Assembly (NCBI GenBank): GCA_963528245.1
Contig: CAURWB010000004.1
Coordinates: 774-64,773 of the forward strand
Reading direction: 5' to 3'
DNA from: an uncultured Campylobacter sp.
GTDB taxonomy: Bacteria > Campylobacterota > Campylobacteria > Campylobacterales > Campylobacteraceae
Length of the DNA stretch: 64,000 nt
Within the stretch, counting starts at the first letter, position 1, and every line of letters begins with the position of its first letter. The notes beneath the pieces were generated by a model. It was not told the DNA's origin. It saw only the letters and a program-made list of their open reading frames with translations, and searched no databases. A program made the translations under genes and the position numbers. Below are positions 39,573 to 49,147 of this stretch, in pieces.

Positions 39573-40362
39573 ATGGAGCTTTCGCATATTATCGTTTTGG
39601 CCCTAGTTCAGGGTATTAGCGAGTTTTTACCGATCTCTAGCTCAGCTCACCTCGTGCTGGTGCCTAAGCTACTTGGCTGGGCGGATCAGGGGCTTGCCTT
39701 TGACGTCGCCGTTCACGTAGGCACGCTAGCGGCGATACTTTTTTATTTTAAAGACAGGCTTGCTGGGCTCGTGCGCGATTTTTTCGCATCTATCGCGCGG
39801 CGCGAGAAGGTCGGCGACAGCACGCTCGTGTGGTCGGTTGGCTTTGCGACCGTGCCGGTGGGGCTTTTTGGCGTTTAGCGACGCCATCGAGCAGTACGCT
39901 AGAAGCGGGCTCGTGATCGCGGCGATGACGATAATTTTTGGTATCGCGCTCTACGTCGCGGATAAAAAATCGGGCCTAAAAACAGAATACGAAATGACGA
40001 TCAAGCTCGCTCTCATCGTGGGGCTAGCACAGGCGATCGCGCTGATACCCGGCGTTTCGCGCTCGGGCGTGACGATGACGGCGGCGCTGATGCTTGGCTT
40101 TAGCCACAGCGCAAGCGCAAATTTCTCGTTTTTGCTCTCAATCCCCGTGATCGTGCTAGCAGGCGGGCTCGAGGCGGTGAAACTGATAAAAACCCCAGAC
40201 GCGCTACCTTGGAGCGACCTTGCTATAGGCGCGACGGTTAGCGGCCTTAGCGCGTATCTTTGCGTGCGGCTGTTTATGGCGCTGATCGCGCGCGCGAGCA
40301 TGCTGCCGTTTGTTATCTACCGCATGATTTTGGGCGTGTTTTTGTTCGTGATGTTTTTATAA
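39573..40362 (+). pseudogene. uppP: Undecaprenyl-diphosphate phosphatase split by a +1 frameshift in a T5 run
   Basis: ORFs 39573-39878 (EFLPISSSAHL motif) and 39760-40362 (PGVSRSG motif) are the two halves of UppP/BacA. Removing one T from 39865-39869 gives a continuous VPVGLLAFSDAIEQ. Confidence 0.8.
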
Positions 40363-40436
40363 AAATAGTCAAATTTGGGCTCAAATTTATGGTTTGCGGC
40401 CCAAATTTGCTTTGTAAATCTAAAGCGCAAATTTGA

Positions 40437-41099
40437 CTAAGACGGATCAAAATTTAGCTTTTCTAAAACCTCTTTTATCCTTGCGCTTCTACTCTCTACG
40501 CTATCTTCTTCGCTAAACATTCTATGTTTGCTATGTTCAAAAGGCGGCAGGTCTTTAACGAAATCATAAATTTCCTCAAAGCTCAAAATCTTGCCGTGCA
40601 GGTCGTAGCCGACGTTTAGCGCCTTACCTTTTATATTTGCGATATTTGCGTGGATGTGGCCGTAGAGCTGGATTGCGCCGTGGTGGCCTGCGTTCCACTC
40701 GGCTAACGGATAGTGAAAGAGCACGAGGTGAAATTTATCCTGTCCGTGCTGTACGGTGATCTCTTTGTATTTGCAAATTTCCTCAAACAGCGCGTTGCCG
40801 TCTTGCTTTTTCATGGCTAGCAGCTCGTCTTTATGCTTTTTTATCGCTTCGTCGTGATTGCCTAGCACTAGGACGTGCTTGCCGTTTAGCTTGCTAAAGA
40901 TGGATATACTGGTCTGCATATCCTTGTGAAAGCTTAGATCGCCTATGTTATAGACCGTGTCGCATGGATTTACTCTCTCGTTCCAGAGGCGAATGAGCGC
41001 CTTGTCCATCGCCTCTACGCTAGAAAAAGGCCTAAAGTACGGATGAAATTTTATGATATTACCATGTCCGAAATGCAAATCGGAGGTAAAATAAATCAT
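40437..41099 (-). CDS. Metallophosphoesterase (calcineurin-like)
   Basis: 220 aa; SDLHFGH, GDLSF, GNHD and GHIH motifs. Confidence 0.8.
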   Translation of the reverse strand: MIYFTSDLHFGHGNIIKFHPYFRPFSSVEAMDKALIRLWNERVNPCDTVYNIGDLSFHKDMQTSISIFSKLNGKHVLVLGNHDEAIKKHKDELLAMKKQDGNALFEEICKYKEITVQHGQDKFHLVLFHYPLAEWNAGHHGAIQLYGHIHANIANIKGKALNVGYDLHGKILSFEEIYDFVKDLPPFEHSKHRMFSEEDSVESRSARIKEVLEKLNFDPS

Positions 41100-41785
41100 T
41101 TTTGCTCCCTTAAATCCGCTTCAAATTTCTCGCCGCTTTTTATCTCCATTATCTCTAGCCTTTTAAAAAATACGGCTCCCACATCCATAGAAAAGACGTC
41201 GTTTGCACGCCTGGTTATTCTATTTTCCTTACTTGCGACGTGCCCGTGAAATATCCTCTTGCCCGTATTATTGCCCTCCCAAAAGGGCTCTATACTCCAC
41301 AGCACGTAGTCCTCGTCCTGCTCCTCTTCGCTTTTATCGCCGTCAAAGGCCGCGTGGACGAATATACTTTGCTCCGAGCTTACGACGTGGGGCATATCGT
41401 TTATAAAATCCTTGAGCCACGAGAGCGCGAAACTGTTTAAATTTCGCTTGTAGATCGATCGTTTTGTTTTATCGCCGCCGTTTCTAAGCCAAATTTGATG
41501 ATCTAGCGAGTCGTCGCCAAAATACCCGTCCATCATCATTTTTTCGTGATTTCCCAGCACGTGGATCAGCGCGTATCCGTTTCTAATAAGCTCGGCGTAT
41601 CTTTTGTATAGTCCGATCGTATCCTCGCCGCGGTCGCAGCTGTCGCCCAGGATGATTATCAGATCTTTTTTGCTCAAATTTATCTTTTTAAGCATCAGGT
41701 TAAAAAGCCCGAGGGAGCCGTGCAGATCGCCGAATACGAAAATCCGCGCGTAATCATCTTCGTTTATATGTTTTATCTTTATCAT
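41096..41785 (-). CDS. Metallophosphoesterase, PPP-family Ser/Thr phosphatase-like
   Basis: 229 aa; GDLHG, GDSCDRG, GNHE and HGH motifs; ATGA overlap with the downstream phosphoesterase. Confidence 0.8.
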   Translation of the reverse strand: MIKIKHINEDDYARIFVFGDLHGSLGLFNLMLKKINLSKKDLIIILGDSCDRGEDTIGLYKRYAELIRNGYALIHVLGNHEKMMMDGYFGDDSLDHQIWLRNGGDKTKRSIYKRNLNSFALSWLKDFINDMPHVVSSEQSIFVHAAFDGDKSEEEQDEDYVLWSIEPFWEGNNTGKRIFHGHVASKENRITRRANDVFSMDVGAVFFKRLEIMEIKSGEKFEADLREQK

Positions 41786-41843
41786 TTTTTGTTCTTGATT
41801 TTTAAATTTGCGGAAAATTTTTGGGTTAAGTTTTATAAGATTA

Positions 41844-41931
41844 TGGCAGATGGGAAGGGATTCGAACCCTCGAAAGCTTGCACTTTACACGCGTTCCAGG
41901 CGTGCTCCTTCAACCGCTCGGACACCCATCT
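41844..41931 (-). tRNA. tRNA-Ser (anticodon GGA)
   Basis: Hand-folded 88 nt: acceptor AGATGGG/CCCATCT, anticodon stem CACGC/GCGTG with loop CTGGAAC, long variable arm, T-arm GAGGG-TTCGAAT-CCCTT, encoded GCCA end. Confidence 0.88.
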
Positions 41932-41942
41932 ATGAAGCCTGG

Positions 41943-41948
41943 ATTATA
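41943..41948 (-). promoter_or_regulatory. Candidate -10 box (TATAAT) for tRNA-Ser
   Basis: TATAAT on the minus strand, 11 nt upstream of the mature tRNA 5' end. Confidence 0.4.
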
Positions 41949-42105
41949 GCTAAAATTTAATAAGCGCAAACTTATATTTGAGTTTGATCGCGTTTTATGG
42001 CGGCGTCAAATTTGAGCTCGCATAGCATTTTAGCGTCATAAAGGTGCGGGTTGGGACGCAAAACAGTCAAATTTGCCGCCAAATTTGGCTTAAATTTGAG
42101 CGAAT

Positions 42106-42936
42106 TTACCCGCGCTTACCTAGAGCGAAAACAAACATCCTGCACGCCTCGCGAAACGGCTTTATCCAGCTCATCGCGCGACCGACTAGCCCCCAGCGGT
42201 GTTTGTACATATTCATCATCGTGCCGATTTCCAGGCATTTTATGCGCTCTTTATCCCACGCCTCGACTTCGTCTGCGCCCTCTATGCTCATCTTAAATTT
42301 AACGTTTCCTTTCATAAATTTGAGCACGTCGTGCTTGCGCGCGTTTGACTTTGCGGCAAATTTATTTATCAAATCGGTGAGCAAAAGTCCATCGAATCGC
42401 TCGCTCAAATTTAGCACGAACTCGCGAAATACCGCCTTTTCAAAGTACATCGCCACGCCCTCTAGCACGAAAACGAACTTCGCGCCCACGTGATTTCTGG
42501 CTAACTCGTCCATCCACGCGGTTTCTAGCATCGAGCACGCTAGGCTATAGTTTCGCGGCGCTTTTGGCACGAGTTTATCGCGAAGTGCGATGACGTCAGG
42601 CAAGTCAAGGTCGTAAAAGGTCGCCTCGGGGCAGAGCGGAGCTAGTCTAAGAGGCCTAGTATCAAGCCCGGCGCCGACCTGAACGATGACGGCGGCCGGA
42701 TGCTCGCGCGTAAATTTAAGTATGCAGTCGTCAAAAAACCTCGCGCGTATCACCGTGCCGACCCTGCTTAGCGTAGAGCGGTCAAATTTGGCGAAATCAT
42801 AATCTATTCTGCTCGCGACGTCGCCTGAAAATTCGTCTTTTAGTATGGGGCGGGCTTTCTCGTTTTCCTTGCTTCTAAAATATAAATTTATAAGTAGCGT
42901 TTCGGAGACGATATCTGCAAATGCAATCTTTTCCAT
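42106..42936 (-). CDS. Class I SAM-dependent methyltransferase (leucine carboxyl / TcmP-like O-methyltransferase family)
   Basis: 276 aa; VQVGAGLDTRPLRL motif typical of the LCM family. Confidence 0.7.
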   Translation of the reverse strand: MEKIAFADIVSETLLINLYFRSKENEKARPILKDEFSGDVASRIDYDFAKFDRSTLSRVGTVIRARFFDDCILKFTREHPAAVIVQVGAGLDTRPLRLAPLCPEATFYDLDLPDVIALRDKLVPKAPRNYSLACSMLETAWMDELARNHVGAKFVFVLEGVAMYFEKAVFREFVLNLSERFDGLLLTDLINKFAAKSNARKHDVLKFMKGNVKFKMSIEGADEVEAWDKERIKCLEIGTMMNMYKHRWGLVGRAMSWIKPFREACRMFVFALGKRG

Positions 42937-43078
42937 CTCGTTTTTCCTTTTTATTTTGATAATCTTTATAGAAATTGTAGTGCAAACGGCTTTAAAATTT
43001 TATAAAATTTAGCGTTTAACTCGCCGTTAATGCAATGTCGTTTATAATACGGCTTTTAAAAACGAAAAAAGGCAAAAA

Positions 43079-43816
43079 ATGAAAAAAATCCTCATCATCG
43101 CAGGCTCGTGCAGCAACGGCGGTGCGGGACTGCAAGCCGACATCAAGGCGTGCGCGCACTTTGGCTGCTATAGCGCGACGGCGGTCACGGCGCTAACGGC
43201 CGAAAATACGGACAAGATCAAAAATATCGTTTCGCTTGATCCCTCGTTCATCGCCGATCAGCTCGAGATGCTCTCGGCCGAGTTTAGCTTCGATGCCGTT
43301 AAAATAGGCATGCTCTTTAACGAGCCCATCATGGACGTCGTGCAGAGCTTTTTAGAAAAAAACTCCGCTCCGGTTGTGTTAGATCCCGTCTGCGTCTCGA
43401 AAATGGGGCATAAACTCATCAAAGATAGCGCCATCGAGCGGCTAAAAGAACTAATGAAATTTGCCACCGTCACTACGCCAAATTTACGCGAAGCGGACGT
43501 ACTTTTCGGCGATGATTTTACGAATTTGCCGTGCGACGTGATCGTGAAAAAGCACATCGTCGCGGGCAAAAGCATCGACACGCTCTACCGCAAGGACGGC
43601 AGCGTGCAAAACTTCGAGACACCGCTAGCAGACCCGCTGGTTATCATCGGCGCTGGTTGCACGTTTTCTAGCTCGCTAGCCTGCCTGCTCGCTCGCGGCC
43701 AAAGCCTAGAAAGCGCCATCCAGCAAGCCAAAGAATACATCTACAACGCCATAATCACGGGCATCGACACGAATCTAGGCGCGAGAAAACTGCTAAATCA
43801 CGGGGTTAAATTTTAA
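43079..43816 (+). CDS. thiD: Hydroxymethylpyrimidine/phosphomethylpyrimidine kinase
   Basis: 245 aa; IAGSCSNGGAGLQADIKA and a C-terminal GAGCTFSS anion hole. Confidence 0.88.
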   Translation: MKKILIIAGSCSNGGAGLQADIKACAHFGCYSATAVTALTAENTDKIKNIVSLDPSFIADQLEMLSAEFSFDAVKIGMLFNEPIMDVVQSFLEKNSAPVVLDPVCVSKMGHKLIKDSAIERLKELMKFATVTTPNLREADVLFGDDFTNLPCDVIVKKHIVAGKSIDTLYRKDGSVQNFETPLADPLVIIGAGCTFSSSLACLLARGQSLESAIQQAKEYIYNAIITGIDTNLGARKLLNHGVKF

Positions 43817-43861
43817 ATTTAGCGTGCTTGACGCCGTAAATTAGAGTAAGAATAAAAGAAT

Positions 43862-44482
43862 TTGCGAGGATTTATGAGCATAAGCCACAAAGCGTCTTTT
43901 ATTATTATTTTTCTAATCGCGGCGACGGCCGTCTACTTAAATTTATACGACGGACGAGAGCTGGCGCGAAACTACGAAAAAAATCGTATCGAGATTTTAG
44001 CATTGCGCGATTTTGCGCGCGAGATTAGGCCTTGCGGAGTTTGGTTTGACCTGCGCTTGGACGGGGCGCGGGTTGAGACGTTTAGCGCCGCGAATGCCGA
44101 TAAAAACCAAACCGCGAGCTTCATCCGCGTAGATAAGCGAACGAGCGTGCAGGAACCTCTACTGATACTCGGCTGGGACGCGCAGACTTTTGGCAAACTA
44201 AAAGCCAAACTAAAAAGCGCAAATGTCATAGGCGTAAGAATCTGGGGCAACGAGGCGTTTGGAGGCGAGCGCAAAACGACGATTTATTATCGCAATGAGG
44301 GCTTTGGAGGTGCTTATTACGAGATTTTTGACGACGCTTCGGACGAGATATTGCGAGGCGACAAGGAAGCGGGCTGCGACGATAAATTTCATTCAGACGG
44401 CGTAGCTTTGATTTATGACGGCGGGGCTACCGTGGATTTTATGTGCGTAAGCAAAGAAGGCAAAAATATAAAACGTAGATAA
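43862..44482 (+). CDS. Hypothetical membrane-anchored protein
   Basis: 206-aa ORF; one N-terminal TM helix (FIIIFLIAATAVYL); alternative ATG at 43874. Confidence 0.5.
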   Translation: MRGFMSISHKASFIIIFLIAATAVYLNLYDGRELARNYEKNRIEILALRDFAREIRPCGVWFDLRLDGARVETFSAANADKNQTASFIRVDKRTSVQEPLLILGWDAQTFGKLKAKLKSANVIGVRIWGNEAFGGERKTTIYYRNEGFGGAYYEIFDDASDEILRGDKEAGCDDKFHSDGVALIYDGGATVDFMCVSKEGKNIKRR

Positions 44483-44674
44483 AAATCTAAATTTTAGATT
44501 TACGCTTTAAATTTGGGTTTGGTTTGGCGGCTAAATTTGACCCGAAGCGAGGGTAGATAAATTTGCGGGCGGTTTTGTTAAATTTGACTGCCTATGAGTG
44601 GGTTTTGTCTGGCTCGCTCGTTGAATTTGGATACGGATAACGGCGGCAAATTTGACTGTTTATACTGATTGCTA

Positions 44675-45145
44675 TTAATCAATTGCATCCCACGGCATTA
44701 TACAACCTATTTGTGCTTCTATCTCATCGGCTTGTTTGTGCGTGAGGCCTGCTATTATGGTCATCTTGACTATACGATGTTGCGTCTTTTGCGCTATTTC
44801 TACGTGCGCCGGTAAAAAAGCGAGTTCAAAGGTACGACAGTGTATTATATTTTCTGCTTTTATAACTTGATTTCCAAATATAAATCTATCTATAACAATC
44901 TTGTCTCTATAAATTTCAACGTAGTTAAAAAATATCACCGAGTATAGCAGCCAGATCAAAAGTGCGGAGCCCAAAATCCCAAGTATGCGCATCCAGCCGT
45001 CGTAATATATCGCAGTAGGCAAGGCGGGTACGAGCAGGAAAAAGCTGTACGAGATAAAGTCGATCATTACCATGAGCGGATTTCGTCTATCTAGTCTGTA
45101 AAGTAGCTCCGACTCTTTATTTTCTTTGCCTGGATTTTCGTTCAT
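44675..45145 (-). CDS. Small membrane protein (2 TM plus C-terminal domain, bacterial PH / YdbS-like architecture)
   Basis: 156 aa; two hydrophobic helices then a domain of about 80 aa; visibly more AT-rich than its neighbours. Confidence 0.5.
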   Translation of the reverse strand: MNENPGKENKESELLYRLDRRNPLMVMIDFISYSFFLLVPALPTAIYYDGWMRILGILGSALLIWLLYSVIFFNYVEIYRDKIVIDRFIFGNQVIKAENIIHCRTFELAFLPAHVEIAQKTQHRIVKMTIIAGLTHKQADEIEAQIGCIMPWDAID

Positions 45146-45314
45146 ATCCTCCGCCTAAAGTCAAATTTTAAATTTATCCAGCCTAGTTTGTATGTAAACG
45201 GCGAGCGGTTAAAATCTTCAAGTTACGTTGCCGTTTAAATTTACGCCGACTTTCAAATTTGACCCAAATTTACGGTCAAATTTCACCCGCGTTCCCGCTT
45301 AGTCGCTGTCAAAT

Positions 45315-46859
45315 TTACCTAAAACTTATCTGCGCGTCGTCCGTGCCGTCTTCGAGCGAGATGTTGTAGCCGCCGGTATTTGGCGGGCGTTTATAGATAT
45401 CTTGCGGGCGGATATCCAGCACCTCGTCGCTGAAAAACACGCACTCTCGCTCGCCCGTATCGACGTCGCGCACCCAGATTTTGCCGTCGTCCACGATCTC
45501 CTCGTCAAACTCTATCACGCTATTTTCGTAGATTTTGCCCAGCAGTCGCTCGTGTAGGCGGTTTTCGCGCTCAAACTCCAGTTGCGCCTGCAGACACTCC
45601 GCCTCATCGATGAAAATCGGCTCCAGCGCGATCTTGTCGCCCCCTAGTACGCACTCGAATTTCTCCAGCGTAGAGCAGTCCACCTCGCTGCCGCCCAGCC
45701 TCACGACGTCCTTGTTGCGCATGAAGTAGCGGTTGGTGAGGTTGCCCATCAGCGCCTCGTACGCCGTGCCGCCTATCGCGCGTTTAAGCAAAAATTCATT
45801 TTGAAACGCCAGCACCAGCTCCACCTCGCACTCGCGCAGGATCTCTTCGTTTAGCTCGGTGTTCTCGCTCAGCAGTTTCGCCGACTCGTCGAGAAATAGG
45901 CTAATAGGCCTTTTTTGCTTCATCGTTACGCGCTTTAAAAGCTCGGGCAGGAAGCTGTTTAGCAGGAAGCTCAGCGCGCTTTTGTCGCAGCTAGCGGCGT
46001 TAAATATCACGATTTTGCCGTTATTTAGCAGCCCTGCGATACTCGCGTCGCCCGCAGCGCCCTCGCCGTCGCCATTTAGCGAGTCGTCGTTCATGAGGCC
46101 AAGAAAGGGCGACATCATCATCGAGTAGTTGCGAAAATCGTCTCTCGTGCGTTCGTCGCCGATATCCTTGTAGCGGCTCGTCGCGTCCAAAAACTCGTCC
46201 GCAGTCGCTAAAAACGCGCGGTTTATCATTATCGTCTCGCGGGTGAAATTTAGCGTCGAGGAGTCGAGATTGTCGCAGATTAGACTTAGCGCGTCTTTAA
46301 ACTCGAGCATCTTTTCTAGGTCTTGCGAGAGGCGCAGTATCGTAGCGACGTCAAAGGTAAAATCCCGCGCGAGCGTGCGCACGTCGGCGTAGAATGCATC
46401 TGTGTAGCAGTCGTTTAGCGGCGTGATTTTTTTAGCGAAAATTTTAAGTGCCTTTAAAACCTTAAAAAACTCCGTCGCGATGCTCGAGCCAAACTCTTCC
46501 CAAAACTTCTCCCTCGACTCCATCGGCTTTTTCACGCAGTTTTTAAAGTCTCGCGGCTTCATCGAGGCTATGAGATTTATCGGCGCGTCCAGCCTCGCGC
46601 CCACGCTTACGACGTCTTTTAGGCGGCCCGCTCTGCGCGCTAGAGCCTTGATTTTAGCACTCTCGCCGCCTTTATAATCCACGGCAAACACCGCGTAGCC
46701 TTTTTGCATGCGGTCAAGCAAATTCGGATATATCATCGCCGTCGTCTTGCCGCTGCCCGTCTCTCCGATGATGGCTGCGTGCGTGAAGTCGCTAGGTATC
46801 AGCGCGCCTTTTTTCTCCGCGTTTTCCCGCGTTCTCGTGAATCCCATTATTTTTTGCAT
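45315..46859 (-). CDS. Soluble FtsK/HerA-superfamily P-loop ATPase resembling a type IV secretion coupling protein (TraG/VirD4-like) nucleotide-binding domain
   Basis: 514 aa; Walker A GETGSGKTT, Walker B SLFLDESAKLL, helical insert between them, no TM segment; AAGGA Shine-Dalgarno. Confidence 0.6.
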   Translation of the reverse strand: MQKIMGFTRTRENAEKKGALIPSDFTHAAIIGETGSGKTTAMIYPNLLDRMQKGYAVFAVDYKGGESAKIKALARRAGRLKDVVSVGARLDAPINLIASMKPRDFKNCVKKPMESREKFWEEFGSSIATEFFKVLKALKIFAKKITPLNDCYTDAFYADVRTLARDFTFDVATILRLSQDLEKMLEFKDALSLICDNLDSSTLNFTRETIMINRAFLATADEFLDATSRYKDIGDERTRDDFRNYSMMMSPFLGLMNDDSLNGDGEGAAGDASIAGLLNNGKIVIFNAASCDKSALSFLLNSFLPELLKRVTMKQKRPISLFLDESAKLLSENTELNEEILRECEVELVLAFQNEFLLKRAIGGTAYEALMGNLTNRYFMRNKDVVRLGGSEVDCSTLEKFECVLGGDKIALEPIFIDEAECLQAQLEFERENRLHERLLGKIYENSVIEFDEEIVDDGKIWVRDVDTGERECVFFSDEVLDIRPQDIYKRPPNTGGYNISLEDGTDDAQISFR

Positions 46860-47097
46860 ATTTTTCCTTGTCGGGGGCGATTGTAACGAAATTTGGTTTA
46901 AAGATTTAAATTTGACGGGGCGGCGGAGGCGTCAAATTTTGCCCTTGAGGCGAGATACGAAGGCGGTTTGCAAAACCCGCACCGCAAAAATGCTAGACGT
47001 AAATCCGGCGTCAAATTTGAGTTAATAAAACGAGCGTGGACTCGCTAAAAATAATTGCGGCAAATTTAGCTCAAATTTGCCGAAAAGCGGGCTAAAT

Positions 47098-47628
47098 TTA
47101 CTCGGATTTTTTGCAGACGGCGGCCGAGTGCGTGAGTAGATCGTGCAGATTTAGCGCGTCTTTGCGAAAAAAGCAGAGGCAAAGTCCGACGATGCTAACG
47201 CCTGCAAGCAAGAAGCACGTATAGCGTAGCAAAACGCGTGCGAAGCCGAGCTTGCGTCCGCTGCGTAAGTCGATGAGGTAGATATTTTGCGAACGGTAGC
47301 CGGGCGTTTGGGCTTTGATCGCAAAAAAGGCGCAGCAGATGAGAGCGACTGCGAGATTTGCCCCGAATATCGCAGTTTGGTTGTGCAAAAAGTCGTCTTT
47401 GCCGCCTAAGAAAACATAGGTCGTGAGGTAATATATCGGCATCCCGATCAAAAAAAGATCGGTGATAAAGGCTTTTACTCGCGCACCGATGGTGGCTAGC
47501 TGCGCTTTTTGTTTTGCCAAATTTACTCCTTTTTTGCTTTGTTTTTTTGGGCGCATGTTTTGAGTTTTTGAGCGCCAAATTTGATCGCTAGCGCCCAAAT
47601 TTATGCTCTTTTGCTTTTGTTGCGGCAA
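47098..47628 (-). CDS. RDD-family membrane protein
   Basis: 176-aa ORF; GARVKAFITDLFLI... 3 TM ... LHDLLTHS. The start is uncertain (internal ATG at 47556). Confidence 0.65.
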   Translation of the reverse strand: MPQQKQKSINLGASDQIWRSKTQNMRPKKQSKKGVNLAKQKAQLATIGARVKAFITDLFLIGMPIYYLTTYVFLGGKDDFLHNQTAIFGANLAVALICCAFFAIKAQTPGYRSQNIYLIDLRSGRKLGFARVLLRYTCFLLAGVSIVGLCLCFFRKDALNLHDLLTHSAAVCKKSE

Positions 47629-48225
47629 ATTTACGTCTGCTTGTGCTACCGCTTCGGTGCGGTAAATTTACGGCTCGTTTCCGGGTTTCGCTTGCGCCGT
47701 CTTAGCCGGCCAACCTTGCTCCGCTCGTAAATGGCGCTTCATTTGCCGCCCGATTATACGCCTGGCATAATCTTTACGATATCCGTCGCCTTTGTTTGCT
47801 TTTGGCTACGCACTCGTTTGATGATCGATAATTTTCGTCTCGCATGTTTTTGCTAGGCCTGCTTGCGCTTGATTTATCGCCCGCCCCCGCATCGTTATCA
47901 AGCCGTAAATTGCCGAAACTATGCGCCACTTTTAAAATCATAAATTTTAGGAAGCGCTTTTGCGGGCGTAAATTTATCTAAATCCAAATTTGGCGGTCGC
48001 CGTCAAATTCGCAAGACGGCAACACGAATTTGATTCCGCTCCGATCGCGACTTGCAAAAACGCAACTGCGGGCTTCATTTATCGTCAAATTCATCTCTCA
48101 AGATATCGCAGAGCGCAGCATGGCCGAGTCAAATTTGATTTGCGATCGGCTTGCATTCATTGATGCCCGCAAAATCCGTCCAAATTTGTACGACTAAATC
48201 AAGCATGGCCGCGAAATTTGAAAAT

Positions 48226-48837
48226 TTAGTTGCCTCTGCTGCCCGGCTTTATCGCCTTGCTTCCGTCGGCGCAAAGAGGGCAGTTTGCAGGCTCATAAAT
48301 CTCAAACTCAAAGTTGCCCAGCGCGAAAAACGGCTTGTCGGCGGGTAGTTTGGCGCTGGGTTTTGCGACGCTGTCCGCTAAATTTGCGACCTTGCAAAAG
48401 CCGCGATTAGCAAGCGCGGCAAACGCCACGACCTCGCCGCCTAGTCCTTCTATCACCCGCGCAGCCTCCATCGCCGAGCCGCCCGTGGTGATGATGTCCT
48501 CACAGACGATAAATTTCTCGCCCTTTTTCACCTCAAAACCGCGTCGCAGGCTCATCACGCGCTCGACTCGCTCGGTAAAGATAAAGCGTTTTTTTGCCGC
48601 GCGAGCTAGCTCGTAGCCGGCCAAAATGCCGCCTAGAGCGGGCGAACAGACGCTGTCAAACTCTACGCCCGATTTTTCGATGACGGCGGCTAGCTCGTCT
48701 GCTAAAGCGCCTGCTAACTGCGGATCCTCGAGTACCTTGGCGCTTTGTAGATAAAACTGCGAGTGGTTGCCGCTGCTAAGCAAAAAATGCCCCTGCAAAA
48801 ACGCGCCCGCATCCTTGTAAATTTTCTCTAAATCCAT
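48226..48837 (-). CDS. pyrE: Orotate phosphoribosyltransferase
   Basis: 203 aa; PRPP-binding motif [13 protein letters not shown]. Confidence 0.93.
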   Translation of the reverse strand: MDLEKIYKDAGAFLQGHFLLSSGNHSQFYLQSAKVLEDPQLAGALADELAAVIEKSGVEFDSVCSPALGGILAGYELARAAKKRFIFTERVERVMSLRRGFEVKKGEKFIVCEDIITTGGSAMEAARVIEGLGGEVVAFAALANRGFCKVANLADSVAKPSAKLPADKPFFALGNFEFEIYEPANCPLCADGSKAIKPGSRGN

Positions 48838-49147
48838 CGTTTTTCCTTTGTAAAATTTGAGCGAATTTTACCCTAAGCGCGCTTAAGCTACTATTTTTTG
48901 AGCTTTTGGCGGCTTGCGATTTTACGTTATTATATAACTCTGCCGAGCAAAAACGGCTAGCAATTTTAAATTTGGATATAAATTTTGGTAAAAGCGAGTA
49001 TGGCGTGATAAATTTAAAATTTGGACAAAATAGATAAACGCGTTCTTGGGTGTAGCAAAAGCGGATTAAAATTTATGCTAAACGCGAAATAGCGGTGGGT
49101 TTATATAAAAAAGCGGCTCGTCAAATTTAACGAGCCGTACGTAAATT

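Noticed and set aside
41786-42105. Integrated mobile element at tRNA-Ser
   Set aside because: No integrase, excisionase or direct repeat of the tRNA 3' end could be found by eye, so only the weaker remnant hypothesis is reported.
42044-42493. 149-aa ORF antisense to the SAM-methyltransferase gene
   Set aside because: The minus-strand frame carries the GAGLDTRP methyltransferase motif, so this is a shadow ORF.
42937-43078. TPP riboswitch upstream of thiD
   Set aside because: No CTGAGA / ACCTGATCTGG-type conserved cores are present, and the interval is short and AT-rich.
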